DNA from: Escherichia phage JS98
Reading direction: 5' to 3' (one strand)
Sequence record: NC_010105.1
DNA length: 64,000 nt
The notes below the pieces were generated by a model. The model saw nothing but the letters and a program-made list of their open reading frames with translations, was not told the origin of the DNA and made no database searches. Within the stretch, counting starts at the first letter, position 1; every line of letters begins with the position of its first letter. Below are positions 9,502 through 18,630 of the stretch, one piece after another. Made by a program: the position numbers and the translations under genes.

Positions 9502-9975
9502 TCATTTAAGCGATTTCCTCAGTTGTTTTTTAAATGAATCAACCATTTGTTTCTTTGTGTCAGATTCATTATAAGTCATTCCATGTGAAAGCATTTCAGC
9601 AATCATTTCTTCCTTACCTAATCTACTGAACTCTTTGGTTTTATCAGGAACGAAATTAGGATGGATATTGTTTTCAGTGTAATCAGATTTCAGATAGACC
9701 AGCAAATTCTCTAACCATTCGAGGTAGTCAACGTTTTGACCTTTAAGACCAGAACGGTTGAACTTATGCTTCATTTGTCCTTCTGCAGCATTGCACAGGT
9801 TACATAGTAAACCACGAACCTTACCAGCTTTTGGCCCGCTCAATTCATGGTCGTGGTCAAGGTGGTTACTTTGAACATCAGGGTTTAATTCACGTTTACA
9901 AATCAAACACTTACCACATTGTGCATCATAAAGTTTTTGTTTTTCTTCTTTGTATAATTTGCCGGTCAACAACAT
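9502..9975 (-). CDS. 49: endonuclease VII (Holliday-junction resolvase) gp49
   Basis: 157 aa; MLLTGKLYKEEKQK.YDAQ.GKCLIC.RELNPDVQ.NHLDHDHEL.GPKAGKVRGLLCNLCNAAEG is essentially T4 endo VII. Confidence 0.93.
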   Translation of the reverse strand: MLLTGKLYKEEKQKLYDAQCGKCLICKRELNPDVQSNHLDHDHELSGPKAGKVRGLLCNLCNAAEGQMKHKFNRSGLKGQNVDYLEWLENLLVYLKSDYTENNIHPNFVPDKTKEFSRLGKEEMIAEMLSHGMTYNESDTKKQMVDSFKKQLRKSLK

Positions 9976-10010
9976 AATAAACCCTTACCATTATTAGATA
10001 AGGGTATTTA

Positions 10011-10196
10011 TTATTTTTCAAATGTGCTATAGAACGAACGGTGCAACCGTTTAAATTGACGAATCATCTTTTTGGTAGGACGAGTATACAATCCCACACA
10101 GGTGGCCATAAACTGGTCAGTAGGGCTTCCTTTGATAAGAAGTTTCCAGACCTTGTCACCGTTTAACTTTTCGGTATAGACTAATGCAGTTTTCAT
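10011..10196 (-). CDS. hypothetical protein (61 aa)
   Basis: Intact ORF. Confidence 0.35.
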   Translation of the reverse strand: MKTALVYTEKLNGDKVWKLLIKGSPTDQFMATCVGLYTRPTKKMIRQFKRLHRSFYSTFEK

Positions 10197-10495
10197 GCGA
10201 CCTCAAATTCATTATCATCGTTAGTCCAAAAACACCAGAATGAAGCTTTAGTATCTTCAAACATTTCTTTAGTGTATTCGTATACCTTACCATTGAATTC
10301 GATAGCAGTTACGCCAATGATTTCAGGATTGCCCCATGGAGAAATCTCCACCTTCAAGATTTTAACTTCAGCACCTTCACAGAGCTCGCCTGACTCAAAA
10401 CCGCGATTGCCGTTTAATTCAGGCCAGTCAACATAATGGTCGACATCTTCTTCAGTAATACGAACAGTTTTACCTTCAAATTCAAATAAATTCAT
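10193..10495 (-). CDS. hypothetical acidic protein (100 aa)
   Basis: Intact ORF. Confidence 0.4.
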   Translation of the reverse strand: MNLFEFEGKTVRITEEDVDHYVDWPELNGNRGFESGELCEGAEVKILKVEISPWGNPEIIGVTAIEFNGKVYEYTKEMFEDTKASFWCFWTNDDNEFEVA

Positions 10496-10708
10496 CAGAA
10501 GGCCTCATCAGAAAAGCGGAGTTGAGCTTCAAGCCAATGGATATAATCGGCTGCGGCTTTAATTAAATCAGACTCTAGGTCAGGTAAAGAACCCGAATCC
10601 GATAACTCGTAAAGCGAATGTTCAATCAGACGGCCTTTATGACGGCCAATTTCAATTTTGGTACTCATATCCAAACTCCATATCGATTAAATCATTGTTT
10701 GAAGGTTC

Positions 10709-10738
10709 ATTATACTCTATTTCGGAATCGTTGTAAAC
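10709..10738 (-). promoter_or_regulatory. early promoter (GTTTACA -35, 17-bp spacer, TATAAT -10)
   Basis: Minus-strand CGGTTTACAACGATTCCGAAATAGAGTATAATGAACC upstream of a 57-aa ORF (10497-10670). Confidence 0.5.
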
Positions 10739-10784
10739 CGGTTCCTCTGGCTCGGTAGTTTCCCACCGAGCGACATACCATGGC

Positions 10785-11093
10785 TTAATGGTCACGCCAC
10801 CAACTACTTACTTCAAAATCAGGCTCGCCGTCTTCCCAATACCAAGGGCCGATTGGATGCCAATCACCATGCTCATCTTCTTCAAATTCTTCGGATTCGA
10901 GCCCAACGTATTGCCATTGGACTTCATAAGCAATGTCACCGATTACAACGGTGTTCTCGCCATACGGATTAGCCACAACAAAGTCTATACCTTCTGCTTT
11001 AGCCAGCCAAACCATATATTCGTATAGTTTATATTCTAGGTCATCTTCGGTGCCATCACCTAGAAAAATGGTTTGTTCGTTTAATTCAATCAT
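10785..11093 (-). CDS. hypothetical acidic, Trp-rich protein (102 aa)
   Basis: Intact ORF. Confidence 0.4.
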   Translation of the reverse strand: MIELNEQTIFLGDGTEDDLEYKLYEYMVWLAKAEGIDFVVANPYGENTVVIGDIAYEVQWQYVGLESEEFEEDEHGDWHPIGPWYWEDGEPDFEVSSWWRDH

Positions 11094-11347
11094 AATTCCA
11101 CCATAAATTCAAATAGCTGGTCACGTACACAAGTATCAGTCCAACCCCATTCAGTGGCTTCTTCTTTTAACCAATCCGGGAGATTTACCAATACGGTTTC
11201 TTTACTAGGCGCGGGAGTATCAAACTCACTTGCAAACTCTCTTGCGCAGGTTTTATAGGCCATATCAAATTCGGTCATTTGAAGTTCCAGAATGAAGCAC
11301 CAACCAGAAATAAAGGCCAACAAATCATAGACGTCAGCCACCAACAA
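11090..11347 (-). CDS. hypothetical protein (85 aa)
   Basis: Intact ORF. Confidence 0.4.
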   Translation of the reverse strand: MLVADVYDLLAFISGWCFILELQMTEFDMAYKTCAREFASEFDTPAPSKETVLVNLPDWLKEEATEWGWTDTCVRDQLFEFMVEL

Positions 11348-11432
11348 AAGTCACCGGAATCATCTAATTTAGCTAGGGTCTTAGCATAACCAATACCGAT
11401 GATAAGATACAAAACACCCAACGATAATTCAA

Positions 11433-11696
11433 TCATTTGAAATATGCTCGCAGTTGGTCAAAGCCACCAATAGAAGTTCCGTCTGGAGCAAATACCTGAG
11501 GCATGGTCAAACCTACTTGAGATTCACGTCCAAGAGCAGCCAGGAGTTCAGCAATCTTCTCATCATCAAATACGCCTTTTTCCGGCATCACGTTAATGAA
11601 TTCGTAAGGTTGTTTCTTAACATCAAGCAGACGTTTGGCATTATCACAGAAAACACAACGGTGAATATTTGAATCGTAACCATAAACTTTAAACAT
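11433..11696 (-). CDS. nrdC: phage thioredoxin/glutaredoxin NrdC
   Basis: 87 aa; MFKVYGYDSNIH.CV.CDNAKRLL.VKKQP.EFIN.MPEKGVFDDEKIAELL matches T4 NrdC, CVxC active site. Confidence 0.9.
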   Translation of the reverse strand: MFKVYGYDSNIHRCVFCDNAKRLLDVKKQPYEFINVMPEKGVFDDEKIAELLAALGRESQVGLTMPQVFAPDGTSIGGFDQLRAYFK

Positions 11697-11697
11697 T

Positions 11698-11936
11698 TTA
11701 AATTCCTAATACTTGTTTGAATGCTTCAGAACGGTCAAGTTCTGTTCCATATTTTTCTAGGTGTTCGTATTTTAAATCATACACATCAGATAGTATATTA
11801 TTATACGAACGAGTTAAAGCAGATTTCAATACTGAATAACTGTCCGGGAATTTACCATGCTCTTTATAATAAGCCAGAGTAAGTTCGCGGACTGCCTTAT
11901 CGGCAGCCTCTACATATTCTTTACGCTTTGCCATTT
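11698..11936 (-). CDS. hypothetical protein (about 79 aa)
   Basis: ORF; start set at internal Met after upstream stop. Confidence 0.35.
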
Positions 11937-12142
11937 TCATCTCGCTCAAATCGGTGTTTACAATGACGGCATTTATACTGAAGCGGATTATGACGCCATT
12001 GAACCAACTGGACCTGTTCAGTTCCACATTCAGGACAGTTTGGAACATTCTTAGAAGCTTTTTCACGACGTTCGACAATTTTAATAACAGCATTCCAATC
12101 AGGAATAGTTTGGTCAATATCGTCAGCTAATTGGTATTTCAT
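11921..12142 (-). CDS. zinc-ribbon protein (73 aa)
   Basis: CPEC...CRHC four-Cys arrangement. Confidence 0.45.
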   Translation of the reverse strand: MKYQLADDIDQTIPDWNAVIKIVERREKASKNVPNCPECGTEQVQLVQWRHNPLQYKCRHCKHRFERDENGKA

Positions 12143-13146
12143 TTCAACAGCTCCAGGGCTTGTTCCAGTTTATCCAGACGATTGGTAGACTCTTCCCAAA
12201 GTTTCTTGGCAGCAGTATATTGTCCGGTCAGTTTTTTGTTAATAGCCAAGGCATCTTTATACGCTTTTTCTAAGGCAACGATTTCCGGTAACTTGGATTT
12301 AGTAATTGGTGTATGGGCCATGATAGGGCTGTTCAAGTCGTTAATCAAGTCTTCTAATGTAGCAGGCTCTTTATCAGTGTTCACAATTTCCTCACATTTT
12401 TCTTGGTAAATTTCAGCATCGGTTTTTGGAACAGGGCATTTGATTTCGCGAACTGTTACTAAAACTTCATATCCTTTCCAGCCTAAGTGGTGGTTGATTT
12501 CTTGAATCTCATATTTCTCTACTGTATCCATCAAAGCTAAAGCTTGTTCTACAATATTCAGGGTATTGTAGGAAATATCTTGGTATTTCGAAACTTCAAC
12601 TTCTTTAGGTTTCCAACTAGGCGACCAAATAATAGAAATAAGTACCTTCCCTTTATAGTTGTTTGTTTTAATCATGCCATCAGCCATAGGGTGGATAGTA
12701 CGACAATCACCCTTTACAAAGGTTTTGGTTGCTGCTTTTAGAATTAATGCGGAGTTAGCCTTAAATTCACCGGCCCAACGTAAAGGAAATAAGCCCTTAG
12801 GGTCGGTACCTTTCATTTTGATATAGCTTTTTAAAACATCACCAAACCATTGGTAGCTAACAACGTGGCTGGAACCTGGGTGTTTCTCTCTGCCAAACTC
12901 TGAAAGGATATCCTTATTAACCAGCCGCGAAAGCAGTCGAGAACCTTTAAATGTATCTATGATATCAGGGATAAACAAACGCCCTGCAATCTTTTCGATT
13001 TCATCTTTGAAACAACCGGATAAGGCTTTATCAATTTGGTCTACCCATTTATTGATATTGGAAACTATCACCTCATATGGGGTTAATGGAGGGGTATTGT
13101 CAGTGATATACTTAGTAAAGGCATTGATGTATTCAGTACGGGTCAT
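12139..13146 (-). CDS. hypothetical protein (335 aa) with C-terminal coiled coil
   Basis: Start at MTRTEYINAF (ATG 13144-13146) after GAGGAGAATATC RBS; no motif recognised. Confidence 0.5.
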   Translation of the reverse strand: MTRTEYINAFTKYITDNTPPLTPYEVIVSNINKWVDQIDKALSGCFKDEIEKIAGRLFIPDIIDTFKGSRLLSRLVNKDILSEFGREKHPGSSHVVSYQWFGDVLKSYIKMKGTDPKGLFPLRWAGEFKANSALILKAATKTFVKGDCRTIHPMADGMIKTNNYKGKVLISIIWSPSWKPKEVEVSKYQDISYNTLNIVEQALALMDTVEKYEIQEINHHLGWKGYEVLVTVREIKCPVPKTDAEIYQEKCEEIVNTDKEPATLEDLINDLNSPIMAHTPITKSKLPEIVALEKAYKDALAINKKLTGQYTAAKKLWEESTNRLDKLEQALELLK

Positions 13147-13174
13147 GATATTCTCCTCAGTAGTTGATAAAAGG

Positions 13175-13204
13175 ATTATACTCCATCCGTCCTTGGATGT
13201 AAAC
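13175..13204 (-). promoter_or_regulatory. early promoter (GTTTACA -35, 17-bp spacer, TATAAT -10)
   Basis: Minus-strand GTGTTTACATCCAAGGACGGATGGAGTATAATCC upstream of 12139-13146. Confidence 0.55.
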
Positions 13205-13205
13205 A

Positions 13206-14099
13206 CTATTTTAGAGCTAATAGTGCCGCGCTGAGCTTGTCACGCTGGTTTTCCATATTCTTGATGCGAATCAATACGTCTTGAATGCTCTTTTTCTCAT
13301 CTTCAATCTGACCATTTAAACGGTGGATTGATTCCTGAATGCTATCTGCATAATAGGTCTCAATAGGTTTCATCGTAGGGTTAGTAACAACCAAAGAATT
13401 ATCAGGTTTAATTTTCCAATGATATGGTTTGGAATTGAATGGACTAGGCACAGCAGTGGTTTTGAATTTATCATAGGCTGCATACTGGCCTACGCTGTCA
13501 CATGATACTGCAGAGATACGACGTTCCATTTGTGGGTCCTTTTGTTGGGATTGATAAGGGGCATAAGACAAAAGATATTCACGAGTTAGTTTAACATTAA
13601 AATACACTGCATCGGCTCGCCCAGAACAATCAGCGTATTCATCGGTTGTAACTTTATATGATTCTACGGCCTTAATACGAGTCATTGCTTCTCTGAATAA
13701 GGTTTCGAATGCTTCACGAAGGGCCTTATTACCTTTTGAGGTAGGACGGAAACGAACTTGAATACCGTCAGCCAGAATATTAATGACTAGGTTACGAGCC
13801 GTAAAATTAATACTTTTGATATTAACAGGAACCGTAGAAATACGCCCTGCAGTGGCCAAGAGGTCTTTGATATTAGCCCGCAATGTTGCACCAAACAGGT
13901 GGGCTGGGCAACGGCAATAATCGTTCAAAGAACCGATATAAGTTCCTTTACGGCCTACACCATAAGTATAATTACCATTACAAATATGACCAAAGTCAGC
14001 TAGCCGATCGATAGCGATACGACGAGTCGTGTCATGGTCGTATATAGAGTATTCTTTACGTGTTTTAATGTTCATATTAAAGTCCAAATAATTTTTCAT
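13206..14099 (-). CDS. hypothetical protein (297 aa) with C-terminal coiled coil
   Basis: Intact ORF; no motif recognised. Confidence 0.5.
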   Translation of the reverse strand: MKNYLDFNMNIKTRKEYSIYDHDTTRRIAIDRLADFGHICNGNYTYGVGRKGTYIGSLNDYCRCPAHLFGATLRANIKDLLATAGRISTVPVNIKSINFTARNLVINILADGIQVRFRPTSKGNKALREAFETLFREAMTRIKAVESYKVTTDEYADCSGRADAVYFNVKLTREYLLSYAPYQSQQKDPQMERRISAVSCDSVGQYAAYDKFKTTAVPSPFNSKPYHWKIKPDNSLVVTNPTMKPIETYYADSIQESIHRLNGQIEDEKKSIQDVLIRIKNMENQRDKLSAALLALK

Positions 14100-14292
14100 A
14101 GAATTTAGCGAAAGGCCATGCGATACACATTATAATGCCCACTATCCAAAACATAGGCCATACTAGTGTAATGAATACTGCATCATAGCTTGATTCAATT
14201 TCGATTGGATTCCAATCACCTGATTTATGAATGATAAAGGTCGTCATAAATCCTAGCACAAAGTAAAGGAGAATAAAACCTAAGATTTCCAT
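14077..14292 (-). CDS. small membrane protein (71 aa, two TM helices)
   Basis: Hydrophobic segments ILGFILLYFVLGFMTTFII and FITLVWPMFWIVGIIMCIAW. Confidence 0.4.
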   Translation of the reverse strand: MEILGFILLYFVLGFMTTFIIHKSGDWNPIEIESSYDAVFITLVWPMFWIVGIIMCIAWPFAKFYEKLFGL

Positions 14293-14376
14293 ATTAACCT
14301 ATAATGTTTGAGAAAATTAGCCACAGAACACCCGTGGCTACGATTACATATCCAAGAACGGCGAGCCATTCCATAA

Positions 14377-15222
14377 TTAATCCTTAAGAAGATTTAGGAT
14401 ATCGATATATTTCTGGCGTTCAGCCTTAGCTTTGGCATTTAGACCAGAGAGTCGGAAAATCTCATCATCTTGTTGTTGGATTGTAACATTCAAGCAAGTA
14501 AGCAAATTGCTAAAATACTCAATTTGGGCTTGATGTTTCTCATTGCTGCGCACTGGTGCAGGTTCCATTTTAGGAGCTTGTTCTGAATGCTCTTCAGCCA
14601 GGTCTTTAATTTTATAAAGTTTAATACGCTGACCTACTCCAGTTTCAGCATCACCAAAACTAAGAACACCGTGCTGTTCTAATTCAGACAGGGCCAAGCG
14701 CAGATGGAACTTCCAGTTGTCGTATTGACACCCACTGTAATGGGAAATAGTATACTCGTTTTCATTTCTTGGATGATTAACAATATTAAAGATAATCCAA
14801 TCACCTGAACCGTTAGTCTTAAAGGTCATTTGTTTATCTTGACCTTTTGCAAGGCGAGCACCAAGGGCCAGTAGACGACGTTGATTAGTATTAAGGTCTT
14901 TAACAACTTCATCAAATGTCATCGCCGGGATTAAACGACCATAAAGGTCGTAGCCTTTGTTATAATTTTTAAGAATAATTTTGGCATTAGCACGAGACAA
15001 CATACCTGTTTTACGAAGAGTTTTCATGACTCGGTCTTCTAAGGTAAACGAACCTTTAGTCTTGTCAAAGATTTTAATGAAGTCATCTTTAACAGTACAA
15101 ACATTGAACTTGTCCCACATCATATATAGGACCTTTTCAACTACTTCTTTAGAACTAGGAATACGACCAAATTTAACAACTTTTTTAACTTCAGAACGAA
15201 TTTGATTAATTGCTTGTGACAT
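14377..15222 (-). CDS. hypothetical protein (281 aa), starts MSQAINQ, C-terminal coiled coil
   Basis: Intact ORF with GAGGAAATT RBS; 5' end identical to that of 7068-7397. Confidence 0.5.
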   Translation of the reverse strand: MSQAINQIRSEVKKVVKFGRIPSSKEVVEKVLYMMWDKFNVCTVKDDFIKIFDKTKGSFTLEDRVMKTLRKTGMLSRANAKIILKNYNKGYDLYGRLIPAMTFDEVVKDLNTNQRRLLALGARLAKGQDKQMTFKTNGSGDWIIFNIVNHPRNENEYTISHYSGCQYDNWKFHLRLALSELEQHGVLSFGDAETGVGQRIKLYKIKDLAEEHSEQAPKMEPAPVRSNEKHQAQIEYFSNLLTCLNVTIQQQDDEIFRLSGLNAKAKAERQKYIDILNLLKD

Positions 15223-15259
15223 AATAATTTCCTCAGTAAGTAATTAAGAACCTAGAACC

Positions 15260-15288
15260 ATTATACCATCCTTGGTATAAAGCGTTTA
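15260..15288 (-). promoter_or_regulatory. candidate extended -10 promoter (TGGTATAAT) inside palindrome TTATACCA-TCCT-TGGTATAA; weak -35
   Basis: Minus-strand CCAAGGATGGTATAATGG upstream of 14377-15222. Confidence 0.3.
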
Positions 15289-15810
15289 TGCGAGAACCGT
15301 CTTTAAACGCTCTTCAAATTTCTGAAGCAGAGCTTGGCGTTCAGCTCGTTGTGATTTGTACTGCTCGATACGACCTGAAGTGAGGGCGTACTGTTCGTTT
15401 ACTGATTCCCGCATGAATTCAGGAATCTCTTTACAAGCTTTGATTTCGTCAAACTTATCAATAACCGCTTGTTGTTCAGCAATCAAGTTATCAAAATAAG
15501 CGATATCTGATTTAATGTTTGCCAGGTCAGATTCAGTAGGCATTAAACGTTTATTACGCTCAGCTTGATAAGCTTGGTTGGTTTCACGACTCCAGTGAAG
15601 AGTACGTTTTTTGTTAGTGTTTTTATAGAGCTCTACAATACCAACTGAATCGATGATAACAATCCAGTTCCAACGGCTTTTGTAAATCTCTCCTCCAGAT
15701 ATGGTAATCTCATTACCACAAGCAACGTCGTTAAAGAACTTGCTTTGTTTTTCAGATTTGAAATTACCATTGTTAAAATTAATCAGTGAAAAAATATCTT
15801 TAGCGTTCAT
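15286..15810 (-). CDS. hypothetical protein (174 aa) with C-terminal coiled coil
   Basis: Intact ORF. Confidence 0.45.
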   Translation of the reverse strand: MNAKDIFSLINFNNGNFKSEKQSKFFNDVACGNEITISGGEIYKSRWNWIVIIDSVGIVELYKNTNKKRTLHWSRETNQAYQAERNKRLMPTESDLANIKSDIAYFDNLIAEQQAVIDKFDEIKACKEIPEFMRESVNEQYALTSGRIEQYKSQRAERQALLQKFEERLKTVLA

Positions 15811-15824
15811 GATAACCTCCAGTA

Positions 15825-15866
15825 GTTGATAGGTCTATAGTATCATGTCTAATGGAGATGTAAACA
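15825..15866 (-). promoter_or_regulatory. conserved early-promoter cassette (PeSL-like): GTTTACA -35, extended -10 TGaTACTAT, conserved AGACCTATCAA downstream
   Basis: Minus-strand GTTTACATCTCCATTAGACATGATACTATAGACCTATCAACTACTGG; one of at least 11 near-identical copies. Confidence 0.55.
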
Positions 15867-15867
15867 A

Positions 15868-16209
15868 CTAATAGAAACTTTTTTCACCGGCTTGCCCACT
15901 AAACCAGGCGGATTGTGTGTTCTCTTTCCGTTGGTGTTTAATACGAATAAGGTATTCGTTCCTGATGGCGCAGAGTTCATCTCTGAAGTCGCCTGCCAAC
16001 TTAACCTGCTTACGGTCTAGATTTATTAAGGCTTGGGTCTTAGCTGCCAAGAGCAGTCTCCTGTAGTCTCCTTCTTCGCAATCCGTTTTATAAACCTTCT
16101 CAGCGAATTTGTGTTTAGATTCATTATCATAGTCTTCAATAGACTGTTTCATGGCATTAGAGTATTTCAACTCTGCTTTTACAAGGTCATAACTAAATTG
16201 TTCAAACAT
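15868..16209 (-). CDS. hypothetical protein (113 aa)
   Basis: Intact ORF. Confidence 0.4.
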   Translation of the reverse strand: MFEQFSYDLVKAELKYSNAMKQSIEDYDNESKHKFAEKVYKTDCEEGDYRRLLLAAKTQALINLDRKQVKLAGDFRDELCAIRNEYLIRIKHQRKENTQSAWFSGQAGEKSFY

Positions 16210-16219
16210 AATTTCACCT

Positions 16220-17200
16220 TTATTTCAGAAGGGTAACTTCAGCGATTTCGCTCCAGTCATTTTTATCGGTGGCAATGAAGTCCGCCAGATAAAGAGCTGT
16301 ACGTAATGATACGTTACGAAGACGAGATACATTGGCCTTCATCCATGCTAGAGCTTGATAAGTCTCAGCATCAGTCAGACCTCGGTTTTGCATCATATCG
16401 GTGGACAGGATAACGTCTTCAACACGAACCATAATCTCTTCATTCGAGTGAACTCCGAGGTCTAAGTAAACTGAACGAGATACTAAAGCTTGGAGGTGTG
16501 GAGCAAGTTTAGTTCCACGCTCTAATTCACGGTCAATATCAACGTTGGTGATGAACACGATGGTGCCTTCGTATTCGAATTCTTTATCGATATTTTTATC
16601 ATCGAGATAAGAACTTGAAGTGCTCCAGCATACCTTACGTTTCTCACCGGTATCCAATGCCGCTTTCAGAAGGTTCAGGATATCCATGTCAGAGAATACA
16701 TCAACATCATCAATAAGAAGAACACTATTAGGGCCGCGGTTATTCCAAAGTTGCTCGTAAAGACCGATTCCACTAATCTTTCCGTTGATTGATTTATATT
16801 CGATAGTTTCATTTTCGTGGGCATTTTGTAATGCTTTATCCAAAGAGTATGTTTTACCAATACCTGCGGCACCAGAGATGATAAGGGAACGAATTTTACC
16901 ATCGATGATTCCGTTAGTCATCATGTTCATTACTTTAAAACGTTTGTTGATGCGATGTTTCATTTCTTCAGCGGATTCAGTAACCGTTGCAGGTGCTTCA
17001 GCGCCTTCCATTTCAACGTCACATTTGAACACCCATACACCACGTTCAACACCATCAATCTGCACGAATACCTTGCCGTCACCGAGGTGAGCTTCAGATT
17101 CATGAATTTTATTAGGGAACCAGGTTTTACCTGAACTCATGAACGTACCAGAGATTTCATTACCGCGATAGATACCTTTGTTGATTTTGATAGTTAACAT
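16220..17200 (-). CDS. AAA+ family ATPase
   Basis: Walker A GAAGIGKT, Walker B LLIDDVD, sensor-1-like TIVFITN; start at MLTIKINKG (ATG 17198-17200) after GAAGGAG RBS. Confidence 0.6.
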   Translation of the reverse strand: MLTIKINKGIYRGNEISGTFMSSGKTWFPNKIHESEAHLGDGKVFVQIDGVERGVWVFKCDVEMEGAEAPATVTESAEEMKHRINKRFKVMNMMTNGIIDGKIRSLIISGAAGIGKTYSLDKALQNAHENETIEYKSINGKISGIGLYEQLWNNRGPNSVLLIDDVDVFSDMDILNLLKAALDTGEKRKVCWSTSSSYLDDKNIDKEFEYEGTIVFITNVDIDRELERGTKLAPHLQALVSRSVYLDLGVHSNEEIMVRVEDVILSTDMMQNRGLTDAETYQALAWMKANVSRLRNVSLRTALYLADFIATDKNDWSEIAEVTLLK

Positions 17201-17225
17201 TTTATTCTCCTTCACTCAGTAGATT

Positions 17226-17263
17226 TGATAGGTCTATAATAACATGTTTAAAGCAGATGTACA
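17226..17263 (-). promoter_or_regulatory. conserved promoter cassette variant containing TGCTTTA (MotA-box-like) upstream of TATTAT
   Basis: Minus-strand GTGTGTACATCTGCTTTAAACATGTTATTATAGACCTATCAAATC upstream of AAA+ gene. Confidence 0.45.
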
Positions 17264-17266
17264 CAC

Positions 17267-17497
17267 TTATTTTGCAATAATTTCACAGAAGCCATCTTTA
17301 TAGCGGGCCCATGTTTCACCATTTACTGTATAAAGAGCAGCTTTACGGCCATTAGGCATAACAACTTGTTTACCTTTGTTTTTAGTTACAGCTTCAATAA
17401 TTTCGTATTCTTCAGCACGATCAGCTTTAAAGGTATCTTCCAGAGCGATCAAGTTAGTAGTGTAAGAACCGTATTTGTAATTTTTGATAGCGTACAT
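17267..17497 (-). CDS. hypothetical protein (76 aa)
   Basis: Intact ORF. Confidence 0.4.
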   Translation of the reverse strand: MYAIKNYKYGSYTTNLIALEDTFKADRAEEYEIIEAVTKNKGKQVVMPNGRKAALYTVNGETWARYKDGFCEIIAK

Positions 17498-17538
17498 TTT
17501 TATATCTCCGTTTGGTTTAAGTTTTCAGCTCTTTAGCT

Positions 17539-17576
17539 GATAGGTCTATAATAACATGTTTAAAGCAGATGTACAC
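17539..17576 (-). promoter_or_regulatory. conserved promoter cassette variant with TGCTTTA element (near-identical copy of 17226-17263)
   Basis: Minus-strand GTAGTGTACATCTGCTTTAAACATGTTATTATAGACCTATCAGC upstream of 17267-17497. Confidence 0.45.
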
Positions 17577-17591
17577 TACTTTTTTGCACTA

Positions 17592-17618
17592 AACCCAAAA
17601 AAGGCCCGAAGGCCTTTT
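17592..17618 (-). terminator. rho-independent terminator
   Basis: Minus strand: stop codon then AAAAGGCC-TTCG-GGCCTTTT hairpin followed by TTGGGTTT. Confidence 0.6.
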
Positions 17619-17619
17619 A

Positions 17620-18630
17620 TCATTTATAATACGAGTTATGGTTTTCTAGGTAAACCTGCTCAACGAACTTGTCCCAGAACTTCATGTCTACCTTATCAGG
17701 CATACCGTTCTTAGCGGCCCAGATAGCATTAGTTTCGACTTCATCAACGATAGCTTCAAGTTCGGCCTGTACATCTTTAAAAGCATGTAGCCCTTGTTTG
17801 ATTTCAAGGATAAATGGTGCTGTTCGTAAAGGATATTGAAGGTCACCGGTCATATAGATTTCCTTCAACTGATATCCAGCACGATAAGCATGGCTCAGAG
17901 CTTTCCAATCAATGCCTTCATTAGCTTCGGCCTTACGAGCACGTTCACCATATTCAGCATCAAGTTTATTCAGAGATTGCTTGAGCTCGATTAATGACAA
18001 AGTAGTTTGGTATTTACGACCTAGAACAGTATAGAACGTTTGAGGACCTGTTTTCTCGTGGTTATGGAACACCCATTCACAGAACTCGTTTTCAGGGAGT
18101 CGGTGCTTAATATCTTCTACCTTAGTACGACGTTGCTTAGTAGAACCATCTTCTTGATAATCAACCCACTGTTCAGGAATCTGGTTAACAATTGCCAGCA
18201 CACCACGTAAAGCGGCCAGTCGAGAACCCTTAACACCATATTTAGAAGCTTGCTTACGGACGTACCCTAAATAGGCTTTCATGTTAGTTGTATAGAAACG
18301 CGAACGGTTATCTTGGATAAATTTCCATACATCAGGTAAATCAGATTTAACCACCATTTCGGGTGGAGTGTGGAGCATATCTAGAGCAACGGTTTCGCCA
18401 TCAGCAGCCAGTTTAAAGAAATATTTCAGACTGTAAAGCTCATGGTCAACATCATCTTTAGTGTTTTTGGAAGCAGTGTTATTCGTGTTCAGGTTGGTAT
18501 GGTTCATAGCCGTACCTAACAGAATATCACGCGGATGCGGAACAAAGATTTCTTTAAAATCGACATCAGATTCCGGAGTACTTGTTCCATAAAGATGGCT
18601 ACCGAAGTAGCCTTTCATAACTGTTCTCAT
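17620..18630 (-). CDS. nucleotidyltransferase-fold protein (Pol-beta-like GS...DxD motif)
   Basis: N-terminal GSHLYGTSTPESDVDF fits hG[GS]x9-13Dh[DE]h; ATG overlaps upstream stop (ATGA). Confidence 0.5.
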   Translation of the reverse strand: MRTVMKGYFGSHLYGTSTPESDVDFKEIFVPHPRDILLGTAMNHTNLNTNNTASKNTKDDVDHELYSLKYFFKLAADGETVALDMLHTPPEMVVKSDLPDVWKFIQDNRSRFYTTNMKAYLGYVRKQASKYGVKGSRLAALRGVLAIVNQIPEQWVDYQEDGSTKQRRTKVEDIKHRLPENEFCEWVFHNHEKTGPQTFYTVLGRKYQTTLSLIELKQSLNKLDAEYGERARKAEANEGIDWKALSHAYRAGYQLKEIYMTGDLQYPLRTAPFILEIKQGLHAFKDVQAELEAIVDEVETNAIWAAKNGMPDKVDMKFWDKFVEQVYLENHNSYYK

